From a virus (lineage: Duplodnaviria; Caudoviricetes), in IMG/VR virus record IMGVR_UViG_3300020112_000204, positions 8,003 through 72,002 of that record: a stretch of DNA of 64,000 nt. One strand, written 5' to 3'. This document shows, one piece after another, positions 34,973-44,563 of this stretch. Position numbers and translations under genes: made by a program. Under the pieces are notes generated by a model. It was given only the letters and a program-made list of their open reading frames with translations, had not been told where the DNA came from and searched no databases. Each line of letters opens with the position of its first letter. Within the stretch, counting starts at the first letter, position 1.

Positions 34973-34994
34973 TATTTTTAGCGTAAAATGCAAT

Positions 34995-35026
34995 AAAAAA
35001 CGAGTACCCTGTCAAAGGTACTCGTT
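34995..35026 (-). terminator. Intrinsic terminator ending late operon
   Basis: AACGAGTACC/GGTACTCGTT stem followed by T-run, after endolysin. Confidence 0.85.
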
Positions 35027-35039
35027 ATTCTTTTCAGTG

Positions 35040-35969
35040 TCATTTCTTGAGCAACTGATTTACTTTAGCCTGTACTGCATCATAGTCATACCCAGCCTGA
35101 GTTAGCTTTCTCTTGCGTTCAGAGCCTGTACCCCACTTTCCCTCGAGAACTTCTTTCGCAAGCTCATCTACAGATTTCTTCGAGGACTGAGCAACTGTAG
35201 TGCCGCCCTTTGTGGTAACAAAAGCACTGAAGCCTTTCTTCTTGAGTTCATTGACCAGATTCTCTGCGTTCTGTTTTACAGAGAAAGCACCAAGCTGAAC
35301 CTTGTAATACGGGGAAACGCTTACAAGAATAGCATCCTTATATCCTGCTGACTTCAGAGTCTGAAGCTGTTTCTCAGCATTAGCCTTTACAGAGTATGCT
35401 CCGACCTGAACACGATACAAAGTCTTAGTCTTTGTGCCTGTGTCGCCATTCAGAAGCTTGTTTACCTCAGAGGCGATATAGCCGTGTCTCTCGTACAGAT
35501 AAGTGCCGGGACAAGACTTATTAGCAAACCATCTGTGGACAGTCATATTCTGCTTATCCACCTGACCTATAAGACTCTTGTCACCTTTCCACTTAAGCTC
35601 TTTGATACCATTTCTCTTACAAATATCCGCACAGAGCTTAATCAGAGACTTAAGAGCAGCGTCAGTTACTGCATAGGGTTCTGTGGTATCAGAAGCTACC
35701 TCAATAGTAACTGCTCTGTTGTCATTCTCAGCAGAAGAGGTACACCAAGAACGGTCTTTCTCTTCTACATACATACCAACCTTTCCGTCATACCCGACAC
35801 CATAATTAGAACTAGCCTGACGGGAAGAGGATGCAAATACATTACCCAGACTTTCTACCGATGCTTGACCTACAACACAATGAATGGATATAGTGTCAAT
35901 AGCGTGATTTCTAGGACTGTTTCTATTAGGGCTAATCTTGGTGAACGATACAAGACTTGAGTTACTCAT
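35040..35969 (-). CDS. Endolysin: Amidase_2 + 2 SPOR + CW_7-like repeat
   Basis: ISIHCVVG, ASSNYG, NDNRAVTIEVA, HRWFANKSCPG; YRVQVGAYSVKANA x2; EVLEGKWGTG.ERK. Confidence 0.93.
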   Translation of the reverse strand: MSNSSLVSFTKISPNRNSPRNHAIDTISIHCVVGQASVESLGNVFASSSRQASSNYGVGYDGKVGMYVEEKDRSWCTSSAENDNRAVTIEVASDTTEPYAVTDAALKSLIKLCADICKRNGIKELKWKGDKSLIGQVDKQNMTVHRWFANKSCPGTYLYERHGYIASEVNKLLNGDTGTKTKTLYRVQVGAYSVKANAEKQLQTLKSAGYKDAILVSVSPYYKVQLGAFSVKQNAENLVNELKKKGFSAFVTTKGGTTVAQSSKKSVDELAKEVLEGKWGTGSERKRKLTQAGYDYDAVQAKVNQLLKK

Positions 35970-36321
35970 TACTATCACTCCTTTCTATGCCTGTTCCATT
36001 AAACTTACCATCGTCCAATAAATCCTTGCAGAGGTCAAACCAAAGCTGAACGACTTTTCTCAGGAGATTTTCAGATATAACCAGATTGAATGGGAACGGG
36101 AGAGCTTCAGTTACAAGACCAACTACATAGTTAAACTTCTCCTGATTTTCACCCTGCTTAAAAGCGTGTTCCGCAGATACGAAACCCTTATAAGCAACAG
36201 ACCGTACTGTTTCCAGACCTACTTTCTGAATGACCTTGATGCAAATGTACACTACAAGAGCGGACACTGCAACAATAGCCGCAATAAGCCAGAAACGATT
36301 TTCTACGAGCATTTCGTACAT
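35962..36321 (-). CDS. Probable holin
   Basis: N-terminal TM, directly upstream of endolysin. Confidence 0.65.
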   Translation of the reverse strand: MYEMLVENRFWLIAAIVAVSALVVYICIKVIQKVGLETVRSVAYKGFVSAEHAFKQGENQEKFNYVVGLVTEALPFPFNLVISENLLRKVVQLWFDLCKDLLDDGKFNGTGIERSDSNE

Positions 36322-36335
36322 AGTGGTATCTCCTT

Positions 36336-36818
36336 TCAACTACTAAATGAATTTTCGTGCAAACACTTATTGTACACTTCTTTTACATATTCCATTTCAG
36401 AATCAATAAAATGATTCTGTAAATTTCTTTTACTACAGATGCTTAAATAATCATCGTAATCACGAGCTACATTCTCGAACTGTGCTTTTGTGTGCCTTGC
36501 TCCTGACCTACAAGAGTCGGAGAACGAAAGCATAGCTGCTCTTAGTCTCCTTGCCTCTTTCTCGTCTGCATCATGCCCAGCTTTGACAAACCTCTCTTCT
36601 ACATCTACACGAAGCTTTTCTATCGAGTCGCTGTTCTCTTTCTGCTGCTTTTCAAGTGCATCCAACTTACTATTCAGACTGGCAGTAAACCTACAACCTA
36701 TCCACGAAAACAATGAAGTCAGAGGATTCCATTTTATCGGGGTTATTTCAACAAAGACGCTGAGCAATGCTAATGCTCCTAAAGCCCATCCTGAGGATTC
36801 CTTAAAGAACTCTAGCAT
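36336..36818 (-). CDS. Membrane-anchored coiled-coil protein of lysis module
   Basis: N-terminal TM, ITPIKWNP. Confidence 0.6.
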   Translation of the reverse strand: MLEFFKESSGWALGALALLSVFVEITPIKWNPLTSLFSWIGCRFTASLNSKLDALEKQQKENSDSIEKLRVDVEERFVKAGHDADEKEARRLRAAMLSFSDSCRSGARHTKAQFENVARDYDDYLSICSKRNLQNHFIDSEMEYVKEVYNKCLHENSFSS

Positions 36819-36834
36819 ACTCTTTTCCTTTCTG

Positions 36835-37419
36835 TTAGCTTAAAGTCAGGGTAAAACGCATAGTCCTCTCGACAGACATATCTGTAGTCTTATTGATTAC
36901 AGCGTGGTTCCTCTTATTTATCATAAGACCACTATCTGCGGATGTCGTAGCATTTCCTCCAAAGATACCAAACTCACGCCAGCTACCATTACAGTCATTT
37001 ACTCCGAATGTGTGCGTAATCTGAATTACATTCGTGGGATTAGCAGTTTCATTACCACTACCATCTAGGAACTTAATCTCGGAAGCGGGTATCGCAACTC
37101 TACCTATCTCACTCGTAAGCTTTACATCATTCAATGTGGGGCCCGGGGTGGAACTATCCCAAGAGCTACTTCCCTGCCCTACCGCCCAGTAAGTGATTCC
37201 TGAATAGCCTGACTGATTCTTAATTAAGCTCATTATCAGCTTCAGAGCCTGACTTACTACTAGATTGTGACCTACACGAGTTTCAATGAGAACTCCATCT
37301 TTATAAATCTTGTCCTCTATGTCACCTACCATCTTGAGTGACTTTCCCACTACTGCTGAAAGTCGTACTCCCATTTCTTCGCAATCCTGCGAGCCTAAAA
37401 TCTTAGTGTCTGAGTCCAT
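36835..37419 (-). CDS. Tail/baseplate-associated protein
   Basis: HNLVV..A, YWAVGQG, KLTSEIGR, WREFGIFGG. Confidence 0.6.
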   Translation of the reverse strand: MDSDTKILGSQDCEEMGVRLSAVVGKSLKMVGDIEDKIYKDGVLIETRVGHNLVVSQALKLIMSLIKNQSGYSGITYWAVGQGSSSWDSSTPGPTLNDVKLTSEIGRVAIPASEIKFLDGSGNETANPTNVIQITHTFGVNDCNGSWREFGIFGGNATTSADSGLMINKRNHAVINKTTDMSVERTMRFTLTLS

Positions 37420-37495
37420 AGCTTTCCTCCTTAATTGTTTCTATACATATAGTCGTTATGAATGTACTATCAAAGTTACACTGAATACAGTACTA

Positions 37496-37783
37496 TTAGT
37501 TCTCAACATTATAGCAATGCTCTGGAATAATGGCATCAACTACCGCCATATCAGAAGTCAGGTAGTTTTCTACAACCAAAAAAGATGATGCGATAGTTTT
37601 TTCAAAGCACGAACCTCTTGTATGACATTCTGCAACATTATATTGACTACTTACCCATTCATCAAAGGTCATTCCTTCTTCAAAGAAATAGGTATCAATG
37701 TCACTTTGATTGCCATTAAGAGATACATAAAACTTAAGAAGTTTTCTTGATGTTATTATTATGCCATCTCCAACTATACTCAT
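37496..37783 (-). CDS. Small tail-region protein, paralog B
   Basis: MSIVGDGI...YFFEEGMTFDEWVSSQYNV. Confidence 0.65.
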   Translation of the reverse strand: MSIVGDGIIITSRKLLKFYVSLNGNQSDIDTYFFEEGMTFDEWVSSQYNVAECHTRGSCFEKTIASSFLVVENYLTSDMAVVDAIIPEHCYNVEN

Positions 37784-38069
37784 TATACTACACCTCTATA
37801 AATAGCATTTTCCTCAATATCATCGTAATAAACCATATCAGATGATGTGATATCACTAGTAATCAAGCGACCACGCCCTCCAACATACCAGACACTACCC
37901 ATGTTACTCTGCTGAACATTGTAGGGGCTACCTATCCAATCATTAAAAGTCATGCCCTCCTCAAAAAAGAAGGTATCTTCAGTGTCGCTTTCCCTTTTAT
38001 AATAGAACTTTTTTAGCTCTACACTTCTGGAAATGGGTATACCCTTACCTATTATACTCATTATACTAC
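37775..38069. repeat. Identical 17-bp direct repeat (37775-37791, 38053-38069) flanking paralog A
   Basis: TATACTCATTATACTAC twice; on minus strand it spans stop/start overlap GTAGTA-TAATG-AGTATA. Confidence 0.8.
37783..38061 (-). CDS. Small tail-region protein, paralog A
   Basis: MSIIGKGI...FFFEEGMTFNDWIGSPYNV; start reset to 38061. Confidence 0.65.
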   Translation of the reverse strand: MSIIGKGIPISRSVELKKFYYKRESDTEDTFFFEEGMTFNDWIGSPYNVQQSNMGSVWYVGGRGRLITSDITSSDMVYYDDIEENAIYRGVV

Positions 38070-38609
38070 CTCCGCAACAGAGCACTGAACGGTCATAGCT
38101 TGAGTCGGCTTTGCACCTATAGCATACGCAGTGAGCGTACCATCAGTGTTACTAATGAATAGAGCGGATACCTTGTCAGTGATGAGACGACTTATTGCAT
38201 AAGCATTAGGTTGCAAGTCTACCTTACTATTAGCAGTTATCATCTGACCCGTTACAGTCACAACCTGTGTATAAGGACTGCTATTACCTGTCCAAGAAGT
38301 ACTGAAAGCAATAGAACCCATCTTAGTGAGCCTACCCTCAAGATAGGCATTTGTGTCTGCGTTCTGAATGAAAGCTTTATTACCATCAACATCAAAGTCA
38401 AGAACTACTGTAACAAGAGCATTGCTAGCGAAGGCTTCATATTCCCAATCTAAATCTACCCCATGGGCATCGCACAACTCGAAAAATGTCGGGGTTCCAT
38501 CATAGTAAATTTTCAAACCCATAGTGCTTGAGGCACTACAAGGAGCCTTAAACACAACCCTTTCACCCTCAAACGGTGCGTGGTCTAGGTCTACTCTTAT
38601 ATATGACAT
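38061..38609 (-). CDS. Tail fibre-associated protein
   Basis: WTGNSSPYTQVVTVTG.ITANSKVDLQP...LTAYAIGAKPT module. Confidence 0.6.
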   Translation of the reverse strand: MSYIRVDLDHAPFEGERVVFKAPCSASSTMGLKIYYDGTPTFFELCDAHGVDLDWEYEAFASNALVTVVLDFDVDGNKAFIQNADTNAYLEGRLTKMGSIAFSTSWTGNSSPYTQVVTVTGQMITANSKVDLQPNAYAISRLITDKVSALFISNTDGTLTAYAIGAKPTQAMTVQCSVAEVV

Positions 38610-38618
38610 ACTTACCTC

Positions 38619-39554
38619 CTATTCTATGGTAGCTGAGTACAAATTAGACATACTAACCAAATCAAAGCCTAGCTCATTGTAATTCGCAAGAGCTATAGCA
38701 GAAGCCCTTGTCTGACCGTAGAGTACGGTTGCAGGGGTGGGTACTTGGTCGTCTATATCTAAGTATGTCTTTACCGCATAGCTTTCTAGACTATAGCATA
38801 GCTTCTGAACTGAAGCTGGGAAAGGCTCAAACTTAGGAGTGGCTAAGACTGCATAAAATCCACCAGTCAGGTATGACTTTGCCGCTGAGAGACTTGTGAA
38901 GAAACTGTTTGAGGTGCTGTCCTTAATACAAATGTAGCTTGTACTGCCTACCTTATACGCAGAACATCTAACTTTGTCCTCATAGTCATCATAGTCATTA
39001 TCGGGTATTCCTAATGCTATAAAGGATGACATAAGAACTTTGTCCCCATCATTCATCAAGTCCTTTTCTACAGCTAGGACTATCTGATTTCCTGTATTCG
39101 AGGTGGAGAACTGCACTCTTTCCAAGTATGGGTTCCATACTTGGTAATGCACTCTTCTTAGTACTCCCCAAACTCCATCTATTTTGCATATCTCATCGTG
39201 AAACTCCCCTACACTTCTTAGGGGGTCATTGGTGAGTATCTCAAAGGTCTTAACAAGAGTCTTAACCCCATTAACATCTTTTGATAGCTTAACTGTAACT
39301 GAGCAATCATCTTTTGTCTGAGTCAGATTAGCAGTATTTGTAGCATAGGCTCTATTATTCGGTGCGGGTACCGCCCTATCAAACACAGTACTTCCTACTA
39401 TGCGAACTAGCTTAATTCCACCCTCATCTGTAGGGAGCTCAAGAGCATTTCCCGTAGCTGAGAATACTCCATCTACACCATCTTGCAGATTATCATAGAG
39501 AGCCTTATTCATTACTGTGACACCATCTTGTGTCTGAGTTCTCTGGTAAGACAT
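38619..39554 (-). CDS. Putative tail fibre / receptor-binding protein
   Basis: Position after baseplate; DGVTVMNKALYDNLQDGV N-terminal motif. Confidence 0.55.
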   Translation of the reverse strand: MSYQRTQTQDGVTVMNKALYDNLQDGVDGVFSATGNALELPTDEGGIKLVRIVGSTVFDRAVPAPNNRAYATNTANLTQTKDDCSVTVKLSKDVNGVKTLVKTFEILTNDPLRSVGEFHDEICKIDGVWGVLRRVHYQVWNPYLERVQFSTSNTGNQIVLAVEKDLMNDGDKVLMSSFIALGIPDNDYDDYEDKVRCSAYKVGSTSYICIKDSTSNSFFTSLSAAKSYLTGGFYAVLATPKFEPFPASVQKLCYSLESYAVKTYLDIDDQVPTPATVLYGQTRASAIALANYNELGFDLVSMSNLYSATIE

Positions 39555-39602
39555 ACACTACCTCCCAACAAGTACTTGTTATATGATACCATTTCTACTA
39601 AC

Positions 39603-39631
39603 ATTTTACCACGCGTAACAAAAGTATTCAA
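39603..39631 (-). promoter_or_regulatory. Sigma-A-type promoter TTGAAT-17-TAAAAT, extended -10
   Basis: Intergenic, correct spacing, TGn. Confidence 0.55.
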
Positions 39632-39641
39632 GCTACTCTTG

Positions 39642-40481
39642 TCAATAATTAACTGTAGTTTCTATAAACTCGTCATTACCAAAAACAGCTACACCAAAGT
39701 CACAGAGAGCAAACATAGCGTTTCTAGGAGAAGCAGTTCTTACTTTACTAGATACTGTGTCTCCAATCAATAGACTAGAACTTTCGGGCAAACTGGATTT
39801 GACAGTGTCTCTTTCATACTCACTTGCAATAGCTGAACCTGACTCTGTGTGTATCAAAACCACAGCCTGTTTGAATAACTCAGGCACTGTAAGAGCAGAG
39901 GAATCTAGCATCAACTCCTTAATCAAATCCGAGGAGCCTTCAGTAAGGGACATTGATGCTGAGTCCATAAACTTATACACATACACTATTGTCATAACCA
40001 TGTAAAACGGCAGAAACTCTTCGAGTACTTCCCTGAGCTTGCTAGCTGGTATATTTTCGTTGTACAGGTCATAGTCCATATCTAGTCTAAGAGTCGTGTG
40101 AGTCCTATCATCTGGGTCAGGGCTGTACTGAATAGTCGTTCTAATTCCTGTAAGTTCTGAAACAATGTACTCAATAACTGAACCCGTGCCTTTATACTTA
40201 AGCAAATCCACGATGTTCCTCAGGATTTTTCTCTGCCTCGAAGTACTCAACTCATCGTCATACAACGCACCAAAGTTATTGTACATCCGGGGAATTACAG
40301 AGTCTGGGCAAAAACCAATGTCCAAGACATCGTGCATCATTTCTAGTTTCTTTATCAAAGGGATTGCTGGGTCAGTAAGAGCATATGTGAACCTCTGGAG
40401 TAACAAGTCTTCATCATAGATTCTATAAACACTGGGGTATCTAGAGTACAAGTACTCCTGAAACTTATCTGAAAGATTCAT
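39642..40481 (-). CDS. Baseplate wedge / tail protein I-like
   Basis: PSVYR..D, LKYKGTGSVIEYIV; follows baseplate J. Confidence 0.7.
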   Translation of the reverse strand: MNLSDKFQEYLYSRYPSVYRIYDEDLLLQRFTYALTDPAIPLIKKLEMMHDVLDIGFCPDSVIPRMYNNFGALYDDELSTSRQRKILRNIVDLLKYKGTGSVIEYIVSELTGIRTTIQYSPDPDDRTHTTLRLDMDYDLYNENIPASKLREVLEEFLPFYMVMTIVYVYKFMDSASMSLTEGSSDLIKELMLDSSALTVPELFKQAVVLIHTESGSAIASEYERDTVKSSLPESSSLLIGDTVSSKVRTASPRNAMFALCDFGVAVFGNDEFIETTVNY

Positions 40482-40482
40482 G

Positions 40483-41973
40483 TTAAATCGCCCCCACAGA
40501 AAGAGTTCCTAAAACTATTACCTCGCTCTCAAGCATCGTAGAAGCCGTGCTTGTTGACCCTATAACAATGTCTGTTGTCGGGGAGTCTATGAACACAGAC
40601 CTAAGATGCTCCACACCCGTTTCTGTGTTGGACAATGCCGATATTATATCAGACAAGTATAGTTCTTCACCTATACCTCTACAACCCAAGTCAAGCAAGG
40701 AGTGAACCATACTAGATATACTTGCACTAACCTGACTCGTATAAACTGAGCTTGATGCTCTAAATCTTATTGAGAGATTCACTGTCTTAATAGTCGCCGC
40801 TGATATTGTAAAGGTAGTGCCAACCATAACCTTGTTGCTAAGATACTGAGTAAGCTCATTTATAAGTGACTGGCTGACAACTACTGCTCCCTGAGACTGC
40901 TCAGGGTCTTCAGGAAGGATATACACTGTAGTGGCAAGAGTGCCTGTCTTAAGAGTTTTGCTAGAGAATACCTTATTTGTAGCTAAGATAAGATTGTCAT
41001 AGTCATTTAGAGTAACTGCTCTACCCAATGAGTTCACACTGGCAGGGATATTCCTCTTAAGCTCTTCGAGGGTCTCTTGGTCTACACCTGACTCGTAAGC
41101 CGTAGCAGGATTAAAAGTACTCTCCAGACCACGGATATGGGATACCAAGGACACTATCTTTCCTGCTCCAACATTTCCGAAAGTTCCTCCACCGACACGA
41201 TAAGATGCAACAATACCATTCTCATAAGTAGTAGGTATTGCACCCCTTATACCATCACCAAACCTAACTGTGACTGTGTTGAACTCATCAGTAGAAGCCG
41301 TAAAATGCCTGTCTGTTTCGATGGAGTTTATAAAGTTATCCACCTTAGTCCATCTCTCGTACCTGTCATTATTGTACACCTCAATGAACAGAGAATCTAG
41401 AATGACGGGTTCGTATCCTAGCTGAAACTCCTGACCTGCAGTGCCGTCTGAAGTGCCCAGTATCTCCCTGCTCATCGTAGCTCCCTGAACTATGGAAGCC
41501 TGATACAGATACTCATCGTTTGCGTCCTGCTCTATACCTGTTGCATTAGGCGGGATAGAGAAGTCCTCTTCAACCTCAAACATAATCTGAGGCTCAATCT
41601 GGTTAGCCTCTGTGCTAACCTTGAACCCCTTTGGAATCAAGTACCCAGACGAAGAGGGCGTAACCTTAAACACCTGATGGAACTTTGCAGGTAATGCGTG
41701 GGCAGGAGTGTACGACATCTGACTAGCTATTTTCAAAGCACTCTTTCTGTCTTTGCAGGTAGCAAGAAACAACTCATTAACCTGCCTATCAGTATAGTAA
41801 CTTATTACATCTAGACCGTGAGCAAACAACTCTGCCATAACTACACCGAAGTCACTCTCACTAAAATCAGTGTACTCAGGTATCCTGAGTTTAATGCACT
41901 CAATCATATCATTGCGTAGACCCTCGTAGTCAATGCTGGTATAGTCTATATCTTGCAAAACAACTCTACCCAA
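40483..41973 (-). CDS. Baseplate J-like protein
   Basis: IDYTSIDYEGLR, IPEYTDFSESDFG, FGDGIRGAIP, YRVGGG..GNV, RAVTLNDY. Confidence 0.9.
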   Translation of the reverse strand: MGRVVLQDIDYTSIDYEGLRNDMIECIKLRIPEYTDFSESDFGVVMAELFAHGLDVISYYTDRQVNELFLATCKDRKSALKIASQMSYTPAHALPAKFHQVFKVTPSSSGYLIPKGFKVSTEANQIEPQIMFEVEEDFSIPPNATGIEQDANDEYLYQASIVQGATMSREILGTSDGTAGQEFQLGYEPVILDSLFIEVYNNDRYERWTKVDNFINSIETDRHFTASTDEFNTVTVRFGDGIRGAIPTTYENGIVASYRVGGGTFGNVGAGKIVSLVSHIRGLESTFNPATAYESGVDQETLEELKRNIPASVNSLGRAVTLNDYDNLILATNKVFSSKTLKTGTLATTVYILPEDPEQSQGAVVVSQSLINELTQYLSNKVMVGTTFTISAATIKTVNLSIRFRASSSVYTSQVSASISSMVHSLLDLGCRGIGEELYLSDIISALSNTETGVEHLRSVFIDSPTTDIVIGSTSTASTMLESEVIVLGTLSVGAI

Positions 41974-42358
41974 TGCTACTTACACCTCCTATTGAAATCG
42001 GAATCGTATCCTTGATACCTAAGTCCACTGATACAAAGGTAACTATAGCGGTGACTTGGTTATCATTTACCTCTATGTCGATATCCTCTTCTGAAACCTC
42101 TACTCTAGGCTCTAGCTTATCAATGGTACTGATAATCAAGGACTTAATCATAGTCATAGCTGACCTGTCCACCTCAAACACACTAAGCTCAAGTGGGCAA
42201 CAGTGGGTCACTTCCATAACCCTCTCATACTTCCTTGTAGCGAGTAACTGCTCAATAGCCTGTGCCAAATGGGTCGGGGACTCAATCGTAGTTCCTGACA
42301 GCAGAACTCCACCCTTGCTATTAAGTCTAAACGGAAAGGACACACCCTTGTATCCCAT
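41966..42358 (-). CDS. Baseplate wedge gp25/GPW-like
   Basis: GVSFPFR, LLATRKYERVM, EPRVEV. Confidence 0.85.
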   Translation of the reverse strand: MGYKGVSFPFRLNSKGGVLLSGTTIESPTHLAQAIEQLLATRKYERVMEVTHCCPLELSVFEVDRSAMTMIKSLIISTIDKLEPRVEVSEEDIDIEVNDNQVTAIVTFVSVDLGIKDTIPISIGGVSSIG

Positions 42359-42369
42359 ATAAATTCCTC

Positions 42370-42804
42370 CTATTCGGAAAGCTCATCTGGAACTATTATC
42401 TCCTCCAGATTTGAGTCATAACTTATACCATGTCCTCTTGAGATGCCTCCTGTTACAGTGAGGTCTCCGTGCACCTTAATGGAACTATCAAGAAACTCTA
42501 GCAAAGTTCCATTTATCTTTATACCCTTAAAGCTCGGGGCTTTCCCCTTAGTGAACCATCCACCAGACCATACGGGCAAATCTATGTTTCCCTGTTCAAA
42601 CTCTATCCACACGAGGTCTCCTACTGTAATATCCCAACCAACCATAGCCTCGTCAAAGCTAAAGTTTAAGCAAGGAAGAGCCCAACCTGTAGTATACCCA
42701 TCTAGGAGCTTAGGAACTTCGGCTCGTATCCTGTACATACCTCCAGTGGTGTCTACAGCAACAACTCTTCCTCGATACTTACCGTAGTACTTATTTTCTG
42801 CCAT
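42370..42804 (-). CDS. Baseplate spike (gpV/VgrG OB-fold)
   Basis: YYGKYRGRVV, RIRAEVP, WALPC, GDLVWIEFEQG.ID.PVW.G. Confidence 0.88.
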   Translation of the reverse strand: MAENKYYGKYRGRVVAVDTTGGMYRIRAEVPKLLDGYTTGWALPCLNFSFDEAMVGWDITVGDLVWIEFEQGNIDLPVWSGGWFTKGKAPSFKGIKINGTLLEFLDSSIKVHGDLTVTGGISRGHGISYDSNLEEIIVPDELSE

Positions 42805-42815
42805 AACAAATCACC

Positions 42816-43439
42816 TCACGAACTGGGTAGGGAGAAAACCTGACCTGGGTAAATCAAGTTAGGATTACTGCCTATTATGCTCTTGTTCATTTCATATATT
42901 TCTGTCCATCTAGAACCCTTACCTAATTGCTTGAGAGCAATAATATAAAGGGTATCACCATACTTAACTGTATACTCCCTAGTAGCTAACCCAGATACTG
43001 ATACTGAACTTAGAGATTCCCTAGTCGAGCCAGTACTCGAACTACCAGTCTGAGTCTTAGACTTAACACCTAAGCTATCTTTATGAACAACAAGAGTCTG
43101 ATTCATAGATGTACTATTAACAGATACCTTTACCTCTGAAATATAGTACACGGAACTAAAGACACTACCCAAACCCTCTAGCTCTATAGCGTCCCTACAC
43201 TTTATACCCATGTCTGGAACTGTGACATTTATAGTACCCTCAACTATGTCATAGGCAGTTTCCTCATACTCGGATTCTGAAGTCTGGTCTTTACTGTCTG
43301 ATGAGCCTGAGGAAGAACTCTCAACCTCTGTCGGAGTGTCCCTTTGGGGCAACACACCTGTTGAGGCATTATTAGCGGTGCCACCAGTAGTGGTGTCTTC
43401 AACTGTTACCCACCTACCATTAACATACTTCTTAGCCAT
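42816..43439 (-). CDS. Hub C-terminal-like domain fused to LysM
   Basis: IELEGLGSVFSSVYYISEV; YTVKYGDTLY.IA...W.EIY..N...I.PGQ. Confidence 0.78.
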   Translation of the reverse strand: MAKKYVNGRWVTVEDTTTGGTANNASTGVLPQRDTPTEVESSSSGSSDSKDQTSESEYEETAYDIVEGTINVTVPDMGIKCRDAIELEGLGSVFSSVYYISEVKVSVNSTSMNQTLVVHKDSLGVKSKTQTGSSSTGSTRESLSSVSVSGLATREYTVKYGDTLYIIALKQLGKGSRWTEIYEMNKSIIGSNPNLIYPGQVFSLPSS

Positions 43440-43489
43440 AACCTCACCTCATCATACTGTTATCCACTTACCGTTAACATACTTCTTAG
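43402..43489. repeat. 34-bp imperfect direct repeat (31/34), period 54 bp, across a gene junction
   Basis: 43402-43435 and 43456-43489; encode KKYVNG[RK]W[VI]TV. Confidence 0.8.
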
Positions 43490-44276
43490 ATGTACCTGTG
43501 TTATCTGTTCCCTTCGGAGTGCCTTGGTTAGTTCCTGTGCTACTGTCAGAAACTGTAGCAGTTGTCGTAGTCTTAGTAGTGCTACCTGTTGAAGCATTGA
43601 TATTTGCAGAAGATTTCTTAATCTTAAGCTTACCCTTTGTAAGCCTTGGGTTAAAACTAAGAATTTGACCATTACCAGTCTTGTACCCTAGCTTCTTTCC
43701 GCTTAAGTTAGGCATCGCCCTTTCTACAAAGTATGCGTCTTTACCATCAACATACCAAATGAAATTCCTGTGCGTAACCTTTCCCACAAGTGAGTTCATA
43801 AAAGTGGCATCTGACTGTTTGCTCTGAGATACAGACTCTTCTACATAATCAGTATCGTCAACATGAGCAGATAGACCATAACTCATAAATATCTCACGAG
43901 CCACTTCAGACACTTTCTTGTTTTCCCAGCTACGAGTTTTCTCTTCCTCCGACATCGGGTAAGACTCATCAAGACAAGTAATAGTCAATTTTACTAAATC
44001 AGCGAAGTCCACATCTAATACTGAAATGTACCCAATAAATTTACAGTACTCTGCCCTACGACTATACCAAGCACAAGTGAACGAAACCTTTGCTTTCTTA
44101 ACAAGGTATGAACCTGTCAAATACTCCATTGCGTTGTCTACCATCTTTATAGTCAGAGTACTAGAACCTGATTCTTTAACCTCGAGTGTAATGTCTGTGA
44201 TTCGTCTCTTTACCTCATCGCTCACTTCTGAGCCATTGATAGTCAAAGAGTACCACCTAGCTAATACCTCGCTCAA
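43452..44276 (-). CDS. Baseplate hub (gpD/XkdQ-like), N-terminal part
   Basis: Tail-hub position; SVSQSKQSDATFM..L...FIWYVDG. Confidence 0.75.
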   Translation of the reverse strand: MSEVLARWYSLTINGSEVSDEVKRRITDITLEVKESGSSTLTIKMVDNAMEYLTGSYLVKKAKVSFTCAWYSRRAEYCKFIGYISVLDVDFADLVKLTITCLDESYPMSEEEKTRSWENKKVSEVAREIFMSYGLSAHVDDTDYVEESVSQSKQSDATFMNSLVGKVTHRNFIWYVDGKDAYFVERAMPNLSGKKLGYKTGNGQILSFNPRLTKGKLKIKKSSANINASTGSTTKTTTTATVSDSSTGTNQGTPKGTDNTGTSKKYVNGKWITV

Positions 44277-44563
44277 ATCCTATCGACCACCTTTTTAACA
44301 TCTGGGATTACCAACTGGTCTCCTGTCGAAATCTCACCCTCCCACTTGTACTTCGGATTCGACTCAAGAATTACCCACCAAAGCTGGCTAGTACCATAGT
44401 ACTCATAGGCTAGAACATCTAGCCTATCTCCCTCTTTCCACACATGAGTCATTGAGCCCTCTGTCGGAAATGAAAACAGAGGTCTAGAAGTGAAGAGCAC
44501 CTTCTGGGTGCTTCTATCTATCGTAACTGGAGTTTTTCTGTACCTAGTGTACTTATAAATCAT
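44273..44563 (-). CDS. Tail protein X-like (LysM-like)
   Basis: EGDRLDVLAYEYYG..QLWWVILESNP. Confidence 0.85.
   Translation of the reverse strand: MIYKYTRYRKTPVTIDRSTQKVLFTSRPLFSFPTEGSMTHVWKEGDRLDVLAYEYYGTSQLWWVILESNPKYKWEGEISTGDQLVIPDVKKVVDRI

Noticed and set aside
37496-39554. Diversity-generating retroelement or invertase shufflon
   Set aside because: No reverse transcriptase, recombinase or near-identical TR/VR pair in the window
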